Source of the DNA: Synechococcus sp.
Lineage (GTDB): Bacteria > Cyanobacteriota > Cyanobacteriia > PCC-6307 > Cyanobiaceae
NCBI GenBank assembly: GCA_047284725.1
Contig: JBJBEO010000001.1
Location: 2,264,203 to 2,328,202 of the forward strand
Reading direction: 5' to 3'
DNA length: 64,000 bases
Shown: one piece after another, positions 20,141-30,619 of the stretch
How positions within the stretch are numbered: the first letter of the stretch is position 1
How the letters are laid out: each line of letters opens with the position of its first letter
Position numbers and translations under genes: made by a program
Notes under the pieces: generated by a model
The model's database searches: none
Told to the model about the DNA's origin: nothing
What the model saw: only the letters and a program-made list of their open reading frames with translations

Positions 20141-22528
20141 TCATCCATCAACAGCTTGAATCGGTGCCAGACGTGGATCAAGAATTTTCGGCCCCATCCC
20201 TGGGAACTTCACAGCGATCGAGACCTTCTCGCCGCTTCCGAAGGTGTGGGTGATCTCGCCAACGCCAAAGCTCGCGTGACTCACCTGGTCACCGACCGCC
20301 CAGCTCTTACCAGGAGCCGGGCCAACCTGACGGCGACGCACCGCATTGGCAGGAGGACTGCCCGGTTTGCGCCGATCCACCCGTGTCAATCGCTCCAGCC
20401 GCTGGTCCCGCCGGATCGCCGCCCCGCCGCTGCGAGGGATGTCCCCCTGCACCAGGGCCTCCGGCAGCTCTGAAAGGAACACACTCGGCACCGCCGGCTC
20501 ACGCATCCCTCCCCAGAGGCGCCGCTCACTGGCATGGGAAAGGAACAGCCGCTCCTTGGCCCGGGTGATGCCCACGTAACAGAGGCGGCGTTCTTCCTCC
20601 AACGAAGCTGGGTCGTCAAGGGATCGATAGCTGGGGAACAGCCCCTGCTCCATTCCCACCAGACACACCACGGGGAATTCCAGTCCTTTGCTGCTATGGA
20701 GCGTCATCAAGGTGATGCGATCAGCCGCCGTGTCTTTGCTGTCGGCATCGCTGGCCAGGGCCGCCGAGGCCAGGAAACCCTCGAGGTCGCCTTCCTCATT
20801 TTCCTCCTGATATTGCAGAGCTGCATTCACCAGTTCCTGCAGGTTGCGGCGTCGTTCCTCCGCCTCATCGGAGCCATCAGCGATCAACTCACTGACGTAG
20901 CCGCTCTTTTCCATCACCTGCTGAATCAGTTCCGACGGCGGTGTGTCGTGGATGCACTGCTTGAGATCGTTGAGCAGATCGCAGAACTGCAGCAATCCCT
21001 TCGCGGAGCGCCCCCCAAGGGATCGCACCGCTTCGGGGTCACTGACCACATCCCAGAGGGGAATCCCCAGCTGAGTGGCCGCATCCGTAAGACGCTGAAT
21101 GGTGGTTTTGCCGATCCCACGCTTCGGCACATTGATCACCCGCAACAGGCTGACCGTGTCGGCAGGGTTGATCAGCAGGCGCAAATAGGCAAGAAGATCC
21201 TTGATCTCGCGGCGGTCGTAGAAACGCAGACCGCCCACCACCACGTAAGGAATGCGCCAGCGCACCAGCGATTCCTCGATCGCCCGCGACTGGGCATTGG
21301 TCCGATACAGCACCGCCATATCTCCCCAGGTGAGCTCGGGGTTCGCCGCCTCCATCATCCGCAGCCGATGCACCACCGCTTCTGCCTCGGCGATTTCGTC
21401 ATCGCAACGGGTGAGGGAAATCAGCTCCCCTTCACCGCGCGTGGGCCGCAGCACCTTGTCGATCCGCTCACTGTTGTTGGCGATCAGAGCATTGGCCGCC
21501 TCGAGAATCGTGGCGGTGGAGCGATAGTTCTCCTCCAGCTTCACCATCGTGCGGGTGCTGTCATCCGGCGCTTGGTCACCGAAATCGTCCTGGAAACCCA
21601 TCAGGATCGTGAAGTCAGCAGCCCGGAAGCTGTAGATGCTCTGATCGGCGTCACCCACCACAAAGACCGACCGCCCCTGCCAGTTGTCGTAACGCTCAGG
21701 ATCCACCCCATCAGTCACAAGGAGCTTGATCAGCTCGTACTGGGTGCGATTGGTGTCTTGGTATTCGTCCACCAGCACATGGGCAAAACGGCGGTGCCAA
21801 TAGCCGCGAACCTGCTCGTTCTGCTGCAGCAACTGCACCGGCAACAGCAGCAGATCGTCGAAATCGAGGGCGTTGTTAGCCGCCAACGCTTTGCGGTAGC
21901 GGCGATACACATCAGCGGTGAGCTTGCCCCGCTGACCCTCGGCATTGGCCTCCAGCTGATCCGGCAACCAGCCCTGGTTCTTGGCATTGCTGATCGCCCA
22001 ACGCGTCTTCTTGGGATCGAACCGCTTGGGATCAAGCTGCAGCTCCTGGGTGACGATCTCCTTCACCAGGCTCTGGGCGTCGGCCTCGTCGTAGATGGAG
22101 AACTGCTTGGTCCAGGTGAGGCCCTCCGCGTCTTTGAACTTGTCGATGTCAAAGCGGAGCATGCGCGCAAACAGCGCATGGAAGGTACCGATCCAAAGCT
22201 CCTTGGTCACGTCCCGGTATATCCTAGAACGCAACTGACGCTGCTCCACCGCTGGCAAGGTGCTCCAGGGCTGGCCGTACTGACTCTGGGCCAAGCGCTG
22301 GGCCAGCAACAGCTCCAGCCGCTCCTTCATCTCGCGAGCAGCCTTATTGGTGAACGTCACCGCCAGGATCTGGGCTGGATCAGCACCATGCTCTCCAATC
22401 AGGTGAGCGATGCGATGGGTGAGCGCGCGCGTCTTGCCGCTGCCGGCTCCAGCCACCACCAAGAGCGGCCCCTCGTGATGATCCACTGCCCGTCGCTGGG
22501 CGTCGTTGAGACCTGCAAGAAAGCTCAT
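20141..22528 (-). CDS. pcrA: ATP-dependent DNA helicase PcrA/UvrD
   Basis: AGAGSGKT, TFTNKAA, DEYQDTN, GDADQSIY, NYRS, TLHSSKGLEF, EERRLCYVGITRA and C-terminal Tudor-like domain. Confidence 0.96.
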   Translation of the reverse strand: MSFLAGLNDAQRRAVDHHEGPLLVVAGAGSGKTRALTHRIAHLIGEHGADPAQILAVTFTNKAAREMKERLELLLAQRLAQSQYGQPWSTLPAVEQRQLRSRIYRDVTKELWIGTFHALFARMLRFDIDKFKDAEGLTWTKQFSIYDEADAQSLVKEIVTQELQLDPKRFDPKKTRWAISNAKNQGWLPDQLEANAEGQRGKLTADVYRRYRKALAANNALDFDDLLLLPVQLLQQNEQVRGYWHRRFAHVLVDEYQDTNRTQYELIKLLVTDGVDPERYDNWQGRSVFVVGDADQSIYSFRAADFTILMGFQDDFGDQAPDDSTRTMVKLEENYRSTATILEAANALIANNSERIDKVLRPTRGEGELISLTRCDDEIAEAEAVVHRLRMMEAANPELTWGDMAVLYRTNAQSRAIEESLVRWRIPYVVVGGLRFYDRREIKDLLAYLRLLINPADTVSLLRVINVPKRGIGKTTIQRLTDAATQLGIPLWDVVSDPEAVRSLGGRSAKGLLQFCDLLNDLKQCIHDTPPSELIQQVMEKSGYVSELIADGSDEAEERRRNLQELVNAALQYQEENEEGDLEGFLASAALASDADSKDTAADRITLMTLHSSKGLEFPVVCLVGMEQGLFPSYRSLDDPASLEEERRLCYVGITRAKERLFLSHASERRLWGGMREPAVPSVFLSELPEALVQGDIPRSGGAAIRRDQRLERLTRVDRRKPGSPPANAVRRRQVGPAPGKSWAVGDQVSHASFGVGEITHTFGSGEKVSIAVKFPGMGPKILDPRLAPIQAVDG

Positions 22529-22717
22529 GGGGGTGAGGCTATCGCTCTTCAACCACCTGCAAAGACTGCACGGATGCGACACCCACTCGGGTGAAGACAC
22601 AAACGGCTGGATGGGCTAAAAATTCCCGCAGGGAATCACCGAGTGTTCATGTGCAGTCAACAGGCCCAGAGTCCCTAATGCAGATGAATCGGCCACACCG
22701 GCAACGCGGGCGTCGCC

Positions 22718-24154
22718 TCACGATGACCGACGTTCACAACGCCAGACCTGGGCATAGGGCGCATCGGGCAACCGTTGTTCGCAGTGATAACCAACCGCTT
22801 TCACCCGGCGCAGCATCGGCTTCACGCGAGGCCTGACGCCCTCCAAATCACCGCTGTCGGCCAACCAGAGCAAAGAGGGTGGATCAGCCTGACGTAACAA
22901 CCGGTCGAGAGCAGCGGCATCACCCCAGATAGACGGCGGAGAGTGCATCCGACCAGCTGCCACCTCCGTGCGATCGCTGAGGTTGAGCAAACGCTCACGG
23001 CGCGAAAAACGGTAAGGCTCCGCTGCCAGCGATCGACTCACCAACTGGAACTGATCCCCCTCCCGGGAGGCCAGTCCTCGGATACCAGGGTCAAGCTCTG
23101 CAAAAGCATGCCACCACCAACTGATCACCAACAACAGCAACAGCAATGCGGCCATTCGCTGCCCGATGCGCGTCAACGACAGTGCAGCCCCTTGCACAGC
23201 AAGCCAGGGGATCAAGGCAGGCAGCAGCACCACGAAATAGCGGCTGAAGGCCATTGGCTTCCAGTAGGAGATCCCCACCACCGCAAACACCATCACCAAC
23301 GAGGGCAGCAAGCCACTGTGATCGGCCAGAGCACAGGACGACAACTTCCTTCGTGGGACGTTCGTGGGCGCAGACGAGGGAGCCGAGCACCAGTGCACGA
23401 TGGCCCAGCCACCGAGCCCAAGCACGGCCAACTTGGGGAGTGGCCAGAGCCCCAACGCACGCGCCAGAGTGTCTTCGAGGAGAGCGAAATCAGGAGGCCC
23501 GATCCATGCACCGGTGCCGCTGCGCAGCAGATAGGCCGATGCCAACACCATCCACAGCGCAGCCGGAACCAAGCCGAAGGCCGCCGACAACGCCAAGCCA
23601 CGTCGACCGCGACATGCATCCCAAACCAACGCAGCTGAGAACAGGAACAGGCCGTAATAGTGAGTAAGAGCAGCGAGGGCGACGATGCCTCCGTAAGCCC
23701 AGCGTTGCTGCCGTCTCCGGAACCACCAGGCCGCAGCCACCACCAACACCAACAGGGCATAGCCCTTGCCCTCAATGGCAAAACGCACCGTGTAGGGGGA
23801 ACACAATGTCAGCAAAGCAGCGAGGCCCATCGCCCGCTTTGGCCGTTCGAGAGCCAGAGCACCCGCCTGAAGCGTGATCATCAGCCCACCAGCCACGTAA
23901 AACAGCCAAGACAACAACCGCAAACCGACTGCGGTGGGTGGCAGCCAATGCCCCCAAAGCCAAACCAAGCTGTAATACAGCGGCGGATGGGTGTCTTGGC
24001 GGAGCATCGCAAGCAACGCCGCAAAACTGGGCTGAAAGCTCTTCCCCACCGTGTAGAGCTCATCGCTCCACAAACCGGTGGCATCGATCAACGCAAGCGC
24101 TCGTAAGGCAAACGCTGCACAACAAAGCAGCACTAACCAGTGCAACCCTTTCAT
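22718..24154 (-). CDS. Membrane glycosyltransferase, GT-C fold (ArnT/PMT-like)
   Basis: LWSDELY after TM1, DTHPPLYY, LTHYYG and multiple TM helices; ATG at 24154 overlaps the cca stop. Confidence 0.75.
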   Translation of the reverse strand: MKGLHWLVLLCCAAFALRALALIDATGLWSDELYTVGKSFQPSFAALLAMLRQDTHPPLYYSLVWLWGHWLPPTAVGLRLLSWLFYVAGGLMITLQAGALALERPKRAMGLAALLTLCSPYTVRFAIEGKGYALLVLVVAAAWWFRRRQQRWAYGGIVALAALTHYYGLFLFSAALVWDACRGRRGLALSAAFGLVPAALWMVLASAYLLRSGTGAWIGPPDFALLEDTLARALGLWPLPKLAVLGLGGWAIVHWCSAPSSAPTNVPRRKLSSCALADHSGLLPSLVMVFAVVGISYWKPMAFSRYFVVLLPALIPWLAVQGAALSLTRIGQRMAALLLLLLVISWWWHAFAELDPGIRGLASREGDQFQLVSRSLAAEPYRFSRRERLLNLSDRTEVAAGRMHSPPSIWGDAAALDRLLRQADPPSLLWLADSGDLEGVRPRVKPMLRRVKAVGYHCEQRLPDAPYAQVWRCERRSS

Positions 24155-25428
24155 CGCACACCCTCCAAAGCCCTCAGCCGCGCGTCCCGTAGAGCCTTCC
24201 CGACTGCAGGACCAGGTTGCATCCCCTGTGACAAGAGCTGCCGAGCCGTCACAGGAGCCACCACATGCCGCCATCGCCCCCACCAGCGGAGCAGCGGTCG
24301 CCAGCAAGGGCTGAACAAGGCAATGTCCAGCGCAATGACCTCTGCGCTCCAGGCCTCAGCCTCCAGCACTGCGGTCCAATGGGCTGCAGACCACACCTGC
24401 CAGGGGTGGGGTAAGACCTCCTTGATCAACCAAGCTTGAAAAGCCATGCGTTGATCGATCCAGCGCTGCTGCTGCAGGGGCAGCTGCAAACGCTGGGCTA
24501 AAACCTGGGGCGAGGCCGAAGCAGCGACCAGCGCGCAGAGCAATGGCAGTTGCAACCGCTCCGCACGCCGCAAGCGACGCTTCAACCGCGCATCGTTTTG
24601 TAGCTGTGCATCGAGCAGAGGCATGGCACCCCAGGCCTGCAGATGGGTGAGTGCCTGAGACCAGGGTTCACGGGCAAACAGCAACTCGAGCTCCATCCGC
24701 AGCCGGGTGCCCAGAGCAGGGGGCACTGCATCGAGGGAATCCCCGGGGCTCCAAGCCCAAGGCCAAGCCGCCACGGTGGTCTGCAACTGATCCAAAGCCT
24801 GCGGGGCCATTGCAAATCCCAGTCGAGCCGCATAACGAGCTCCCCTGATCACCCGAGTGGGATCGTCCTGCACGCTTCCCGCATGCAGGAAGTTCAACCG
24901 ACGCAGCGCAAGGTCCTGCTGACCACCATGGAGATCTAGCAGCTGGGGTTTCATGCCATTGGGATGAAGCACCAGGGCCATGGCATTAATAGTGAAATCA
25001 CGACGAACAAGGTCGTCTTGAAAGCAACCAGGCTCAACCAAGGGGTTCTGCCCTGGAGACGGATAGTGCTCCTTCCGGGCTTGGGCCACATCGACCATGA
25101 ACCCATCAAGCACCAATTCAACGGTGCCGAAGCTGCCGTGCACCCGCAATTCCGGCACCCGCTCGAGACCCAAACGCTCCCGCAACGTGGTTGCCAGCGC
25201 TTCACTGCTGCCCTCAACAACCAGATCGAGATCTGGCAAACCCCGCCATGGATCACGATGAACGTGATGAAGCAAGGCATCCCTCACTGCACCCCCAACG
25301 AGGGCCAACCGCTTGACGCCACAGTCACCAGCGGCTGCCTGCAGGTTGGCGAGGAGATCGCGAGGTACGCCGAGTAGGTCCACCGACTCAGGCACGAAAG
25401 GAACAGGACTGCAAATAATCTGCCTCAA
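24151..25428 (-). CDS. cca: tRNA nucleotidyltransferase (CCA-adding / polyA polymerase family)
   Basis: VGGAVRD, DLDLVV, DLVRRDFTINAMA, DDPTRVIRGARY and GPAVG. Confidence 0.9.
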   Translation of the reverse strand: MRQIICSPVPFVPESVDLLGVPRDLLANLQAAAGDCGVKRLALVGGAVRDALLHHVHRDPWRGLPDLDLVVEGSSEALATTLRERLGLERVPELRVHGSFGTVELVLDGFMVDVAQARKEHYPSPGQNPLVEPGCFQDDLVRRDFTINAMALVLHPNGMKPQLLDLHGGQQDLALRRLNFLHAGSVQDDPTRVIRGARYAARLGFAMAPQALDQLQTTVAAWPWAWSPGDSLDAVPPALGTRLRMELELLFAREPWSQALTHLQAWGAMPLLDAQLQNDARLKRRLRRAERLQLPLLCALVAASASPQVLAQRLQLPLQQQRWIDQRMAFQAWLIKEVLPHPWQVWSAAHWTAVLEAEAWSAEVIALDIALFSPCWRPLLRWWGRWRHVVAPVTARQLLSQGMQPGPAVGKALRDARLRALEGVR

Positions 25429-25662
25429 GCATCATTCGCAGCTCTACAGATTTGCGCAAGACACAAACTATCTTCGCACCCTAAACGGCACGTCAAATCC
25501 TGGTTAGGCAATCGCACGACTCACGAAGACGGCCGCCAAGCGCCAACACCTCCCATACCAGCGAACAACAACAATGCAGGTGGAAATCTAAAGAACTCAA
25601 GGAGCAAGAAAATCAAGAATGACCAACCCAAAGCAGAACACATCATTGCCTGTATCGACTCA

Positions 25663-26727
25663 TCAAGAGGAGGCAACACCAGCGCCTGGGAAGCAGACCG
25701 AAACAAGCTGGCGCCCTAATTGCTCATAATCAGCAGAACGCAAGAATGCCTCACGCGCCCCATCCAAGGGCCAAGAAGATGGCCTCTCTTTGGAAAGGAT
25801 TGCACATATCTTCATCAACCACTCATCGGCACTGGCCCCCATCCGCATATGCCAGACCCCTTCAGAACCAGGTGTAAATTCCAGTGAAAATCCCGTCATC
25901 ATCGATAGCGTGGAACAACCACAAGCGATCGCCTCAGGAAACGACAAAGGCCCGCCCTCTTGTACAGCAACAGAGCACAACAAACGAGCTGAACGCATCA
26001 AATCCGGATAATCCGAGTAGGGGGGATCCAAAACTTGCACTTGCGAAGGAATCAACTCCCTCTCATCACTCCAACCTGGACCAACGACAGCAACTCTCAA
26101 GCCACACTCAGAAAGACGTCGAAGAAGATCAAGCTGCAACACATAACCTTTACGAAAACGTTCACCGACCTGGCGCAACGAATAACTCGACCCAGCAAAA
26201 AGCACATCGATCTTGCAATCAGACTCCGAAATCAATCGAGGCGGCCAAAAAATGGATCGGTTCACCCCGGCAGGAAAATGGTGGACTCTGTGCCCTTCAA
26301 CGCCCTTGGACAAAAACAAATTATGCTCAAACAAACTTTGCGTCAAAATCGCGTGAAGCTCTTTAACCCTCGGCACAACCTTATTAACCTCCACATGAGG
26401 AGCATAATAAACAATCCTTTGAGGGGGCACTCCTACGCGTAGCACCTCCCCAATACGGGCACCAGACATCACAAACACGAAGGCATTCGAGGAAGAAAAA
26501 AGCCTCTTGAGCTCGACAATCGAATCGCAGGCTACAACCTCAGGGCGACCTGGCAAAGCACATAAAGCCTGCGAAGACACTAATCCTCGCCAGACAAAAC
26601 CCAAGCTCCAACGACCAGTTGAATAATAAATAATTTTTTTGGCCCCATCAGCATTGGGTGACAACGAAAACAGCGCCGCTTGGCCGGAGCGAACCGATGA
26701 AATCTTACGGAAAACTCGTTTCAGCAC
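25663..26727 (-). CDS. Glycosyltransferase, GT-B (family 4-like)
   Basis: EGGPLSFPEAIACG matches the EX7E motif; PAGVN and DVLFAG. Confidence 0.7.
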   Translation of the reverse strand: MLKRVFRKISSVRSGQAALFSLSPNADGAKKIIYYSTGRWSLGFVWRGLVSSQALCALPGRPEVVACDSIVELKRLFSSSNAFVFVMSGARIGEVLRVGVPPQRIVYYAPHVEVNKVVPRVKELHAILTQSLFEHNLFLSKGVEGHRVHHFPAGVNRSIFWPPRLISESDCKIDVLFAGSSYSLRQVGERFRKGYVLQLDLLRRLSECGLRVAVVGPGWSDERELIPSQVQVLDPPYSDYPDLMRSARLLCSVAVQEGGPLSFPEAIACGCSTLSMMTGFSLEFTPGSEGVWHMRMGASADEWLMKICAILSKERPSSWPLDGAREAFLRSADYEQLGRQLVSVCFPGAGVASS

Positions 26728-26953
26728 GGCTCGACCTGATTGACACGACCATCATAGAGATCATCAACCATGAGAACAACCTGACGAATCAGCCAGCAAT
26801 GCAGATATCAAAAACGCACAAACAATCATGACGCGTTCAGGAACACAACTATCCCTCCCGTCGCCCCAAAAGAGGAGTCGCCAACCAAACCAGCCAAAAG
26901 CATATTCTCATCATTTAAGACAAAGACGCTCAACCAGGAAATCCCAGAAGGCC

Positions 26954-28270
26954 TCAAGATCTTGCCCACACCTTCCAGTTATCCGCCGAGGACTTATAAG
27001 ACATTGGCCCACCCCTGACCATCCAGTTACCACGAAAAAAGGAGAGCGAAAAATCTTGGAACAGCACCCTCTGCAACAACGGCAGCCCAGAATGATCCAA
27101 TTGCTGCAGAGGAGATCGCGCACACAAACGCTCCAACGCCGAATTGTAAGAAGCCGGACCAAAGGAGCAATCATGGATTAATTGCAGTCGCCCAACAGAA
27201 TCGAATCGAGCATCAGTGTAATCAAAACCCCTTAAATCATTCGCCATCTCGGCAAAAAACGGACAGCTCCGCCTCGACACGAAAAAACTACTTTGCAAAT
27301 AGGGGACTCTCTTCTTGAGATACAGCAAACTTGCATCATGCTGCAGGGCCAAGGCAAGCACGCGCTGAGACGTGGCGACGGGTATGACGTCGCTGTCAAG
27401 CCAAATCATGTCGTTGCACGAAGCATAAGCCAGACGAAAAACATCCGATTCGGCAGCGTAATGAGGTGCAGTTTCAAACGGAATTTGAAAATCAGGGTTG
27501 CACTTGACAATCCACGCAAGAGCCTGATCACGATTGAAAACCTGTACAGCGTTCAGGCCAAGCCTTCCGAAGAGTGTGTTCCACTGCTCTGTGATCGCCA
27601 CAACATCATGAGGTGGTGTGCCTTGACTCCAATACTGAATCGGCTGTGGCCGGAACAACGGGCTGACCACCGGATCAACAGCATCATCCAGGCCCCTCGC
27701 ATCATCACCATGGAGAATCGCTTCACTCCAGAGCCCATAAAGAGGAACCTGATCCCGTTTGAGATACGCCTGCAGATGGCGATGGACGTGACGTGATCGC
27801 ACCGTTCCAATGAGTTGATCACCTTTCAGACATTGTCGGCAACCCTTGTCCAAAATGGCGATAGCATCAGCTGGTCTACCTAAAAGCTGCAAACTTTCGC
27901 AGGCAATGTGATAGCCATCAAAGGACGAGGGCGATCGCTCGATCAGGGCCTGGGCATGCTGCAGGGCTTGGGCATAGCGGGCACTGGCATAGCAGGAGTC
28001 AGCCACGATCAAGCGCAGCTGTTGATCACCTGGCGATGAAGAAAGAGCCTGCTCACCAAGCTTGATCGTGGCATCAAACCATCGGCGCTTGGCACAAAGG
28101 CGCGCCACCTCGCGATGCAGATCAGTCCATCTCTTCGTTAAGGCCACCAAAATGATCAGGAGGCGCTGGGCCAGACGCTCACCACCACAGGCTGTCGCCA
28201 ACTTGACCAGAACCGTGAGCGCTTTCCGCAAGGTGCCAAACCTCGAACGACAAAAAACCCTAGAAGCCAA
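26954..28270 (-). CDS. TPR-containing protein with GT32/capsular-synthesis-like DXD domain
   Basis: Helical TPR-like N-half (ALQHAQALIERSPSSFDGY); QYWSQG and SDVFRLAY...WLDSD in the C-half. Confidence 0.6.
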   Translation of the reverse strand: MASRVFCRSRFGTLRKALTVLVKLATACGGERLAQRLLIILVALTKRWTDLHREVARLCAKRRWFDATIKLGEQALSSSPGDQQLRLIVADSCYASARYAQALQHAQALIERSPSSFDGYHIACESLQLLGRPADAIAILDKGCRQCLKGDQLIGTVRSRHVHRHLQAYLKRDQVPLYGLWSEAILHGDDARGLDDAVDPVVSPLFRPQPIQYWSQGTPPHDVVAITEQWNTLFGRLGLNAVQVFNRDQALAWIVKCNPDFQIPFETAPHYAAESDVFRLAYASCNDMIWLDSDVIPVATSQRVLALALQHDASLLYLKKRVPYLQSSFFVSRRSCPFFAEMANDLRGFDYTDARFDSVGRLQLIHDCSFGPASYNSALERLCARSPLQQLDHSGLPLLQRVLFQDFSLSFFRGNWMVRGGPMSYKSSADNWKVWARS

Positions 28271-28298
28271 CGTTCCGCCTCACAGGCCGCAATGAAGC

Positions 28299-29567
28299 TC
28301 ACCGACGGAGCATTAACGCCTCTCGCCAGGTGCCATCAAGGACATCCCAAGAGTGGGCGTCCATCAATCGAGCGGCTACCAATCCCAATTGGCTGCGCAA
28401 TGCCTGGTCCTCTGCCAAGTGCTGCATCGCCTCAGCCAGAGAGTTGACCTGCTCAGTGGGGACCACCCACCCACTCTCTGCATGCCTCACGACCTCCAGC
28501 GGCCCTGGAGAAGCATCGCTGACGATGACTGCCAGACCGGCAGCCATCGCTTCCAGCAGTGCATTCGGCATCCCCTCAAACCGGGAAGGCAACACAAAAA
28601 CTGAATCCTGACCATAAAAGCGTTGAGGCTGAGGCTGAAAACCCAGAAAGCGCACCTGATTCTTCACGCCAAGAGAAACCACCAACGCTTCCAGATCGTT
28701 CAGTTCCGGACCATCGCCAACAATCTGCAAAGGCCACACCGAGCGAATTGATTCAGGCAGCTGGGCATAGGCCCGCACCAACAGATCAATACCCTTCTGC
28801 GGCACCAAACGGCACACAGCCAGGAAAGAAGGCGAGCTCACACCCGAGGCATCAGCGGAAGCGCGAGAGGTGGGTGCACCCAACCGCAATGGATTGGGAA
28901 GCAGACGCATTGCTTCCGCCTGTTGGGGGTGGCAACGCTTCAGCCCTTCCAAAACGCCAACCGTGTTCGCCGTCACCACATCGGCCCGCTGCCACAGCCA
29001 TCCCTGCAAACGAGGCCAGGGAAAAGGTTGCCGCTGCAAACGAGGATCATTGCGCTCCGACACCACCAAGTGACCGGGTAAAGCCCACAACGCCTGACAA
29101 CACAACAGGTTGGTGCGCGTCAGCAGAGACAACACCCGCAAGGGCTGTCCATCCCGCAGAAGATCCCGTAACAAGGTCGCCTGCACGCCAGACACGCTGG
29201 TCACCAGCCATTGCACCAGTACAAGGGCCTCACCCCGCTTCAAGCGACGCAACGCTTGCCAGCCTGCCGCGAGCGCCAACCACGCCAGCAAACGACGACT
29301 CCAGGCAAATAAAAAACGACTGGCCCTGGACCGCACAGCTCGGTTGCTCCACGTGGCAGCCACGTGCGGTCCTAGATCAATCCAAAGCAGGCCATCCGGC
29401 AACGAATGGGCAAGAGGCTTATCGGGCAACAACGTGACAACCACAACCTCCAACCCATCGCGAAGGAAGTGCTCGGCAACCATCAAGGCCACTTTTTGAG
29501 CACCCCCTGGTCCCAGATGGGGCAACACGATCACCAGATCAGAGTGGAGTGGCAACGACGGCACCAT
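28299..29567 (-). CDS. Glycosyltransferase family 4 (PglJ/PglH-like)
   Basis: GGAQKV, VSERND, RLVPQKG and SRFEGMPNALLEAMAAG. Start could instead be 29588. Confidence 0.88.
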   Translation of the reverse strand: MVPSLPLHSDLVIVLPHLGPGGAQKVALMVAEHFLRDGLEVVVVTLLPDKPLAHSLPDGLLWIDLGPHVAATWSNRAVRSRASRFLFAWSRRLLAWLALAAGWQALRRLKRGEALVLVQWLVTSVSGVQATLLRDLLRDGQPLRVLSLLTRTNLLCCQALWALPGHLVVSERNDPRLQRQPFPWPRLQGWLWQRADVVTANTVGVLEGLKRCHPQQAEAMRLLPNPLRLGAPTSRASADASGVSSPSFLAVCRLVPQKGIDLLVRAYAQLPESIRSVWPLQIVGDGPELNDLEALVVSLGVKNQVRFLGFQPQPQRFYGQDSVFVLPSRFEGMPNALLEAMAAGLAVIVSDASPGPLEVVRHAESGWVVPTEQVNSLAEAMQHLAEDQALRSQLGLVAARLMDAHSWDVLDGTWREALMLRR

Positions 29568-30619
29568 TAAGAGTGCACCCCGTGGCACTGCTGCAATCGC
29601 TCAGCGATCACTGCATTCAACTCCCTAGCGGAAGAATGATTCAGCAATTGCGACAGTCGCCTAACCCCGGTCTCCCGATCCATCGGCGTATCACTCCTGA
29701 GCTTGAGAAGGTTCTTCTCCAACTGCGCCATCAGCGCCAGGTGATTCTCCTGCGTTTTGGAGACCCCTTCACCTGATGGAGTCAGGCAATAACGACGAAT
29801 CGACGCATCAACACCCTTGACCGCCTCGAGGCTGCGCATCAGCAAAGCAGCAGGATTGTCGGCAGGCAGCAAAGCGCCCACGGTTAAGCACCGCGACAAG
29901 TTGCTCGACATACGCAGACAAGCATCGGCATCGAGCTCGGCATACCGCAACCTTGAAGCCACTGCCATCACTTCGTCCCACACCCAGGCAAGAGCCACGT
30001 CATCCCCGACCATCAAGGCCAAGTGATAAGTCGTTGTACAGAGAGAAATCAACAATTTGGCCCGATTGCGCCGATTCGACTCACCACAGCCGTACACCGT
30101 TGCATCGGCAGACAGCGTCTTGACAAGTGGATGAACCTGCTCGAGCAGCGTCAGCGCTAAAGACCTTTCCGCGAGCTTCAACACCAAATAACTCTGCGCA
30201 ATCAAGGCATAACAACGATGACTCTCCAGCAGATCGGGCAATCGACACAATTGGCCCAGCACCTTGAGACGAGCCTGTTCGTCCTGCGGCCTTGAGCCCG
30301 TTCGAAACAACAGTCTCTCGACGGCCCGATAGTCACCAACTTGCAAGCGAGACGCCAGCAGCTCAAAGCCCTTGTCTAGGTTGCCGGAACGAAACGCGAG
30401 CGTGCACTGCATCGATTGCACATCAGCAGTGCCAGGAAATCGCCTGGCAGCCAAATCAGCCAGCACCGTGGCTCGTGGGTAGCAGTGAAGTCTGAGGCTT
30501 GTTTCAAACAAGCGATAGAACCATCGCTTCCGGCAACACCAACCCCATGACAGGCGACAAGCCCAGTACTGCACCTGATAACCCAGGCGCTGCGATTGGC
30601 TCGCCCACAGACTGGCCAT
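29567..30619 (-). CDS. Hypothetical helical protein
   Basis: 350-aa ORF abutting both neighbours; Leu/Ala-rich, no recognisable motif. Confidence 0.6.
   Translation of the reverse strand: MASLWASQSQRLGYQVQYWACRLSWGWCCRKRWFYRLFETSLRLHCYPRATVLADLAARRFPGTADVQSMQCTLAFRSGNLDKGFELLASRLQVGDYRAVERLLFRTGSRPQDEQARLKVLGQLCRLPDLLESHRCYALIAQSYLVLKLAERSLALTLLEQVHPLVKTLSADATVYGCGESNRRNRAKLLISLCTTTYHLALMVGDDVALAWVWDEVMAVASRLRYAELDADACLRMSSNLSRCLTVGALLPADNPAALLMRSLEAVKGVDASIRRYCLTPSGEGVSKTQENHLALMAQLEKNLLKLRSDTPMDRETGVRRLSQLLNHSSARELNAVIAERLQQCHGVHS

Noticed and set aside
20534..22594. 686-aa plus-strand ORF
   Set aside because: Antisense shadow of pcrA with no motifs; expected from codon bias in GC-rich genes.
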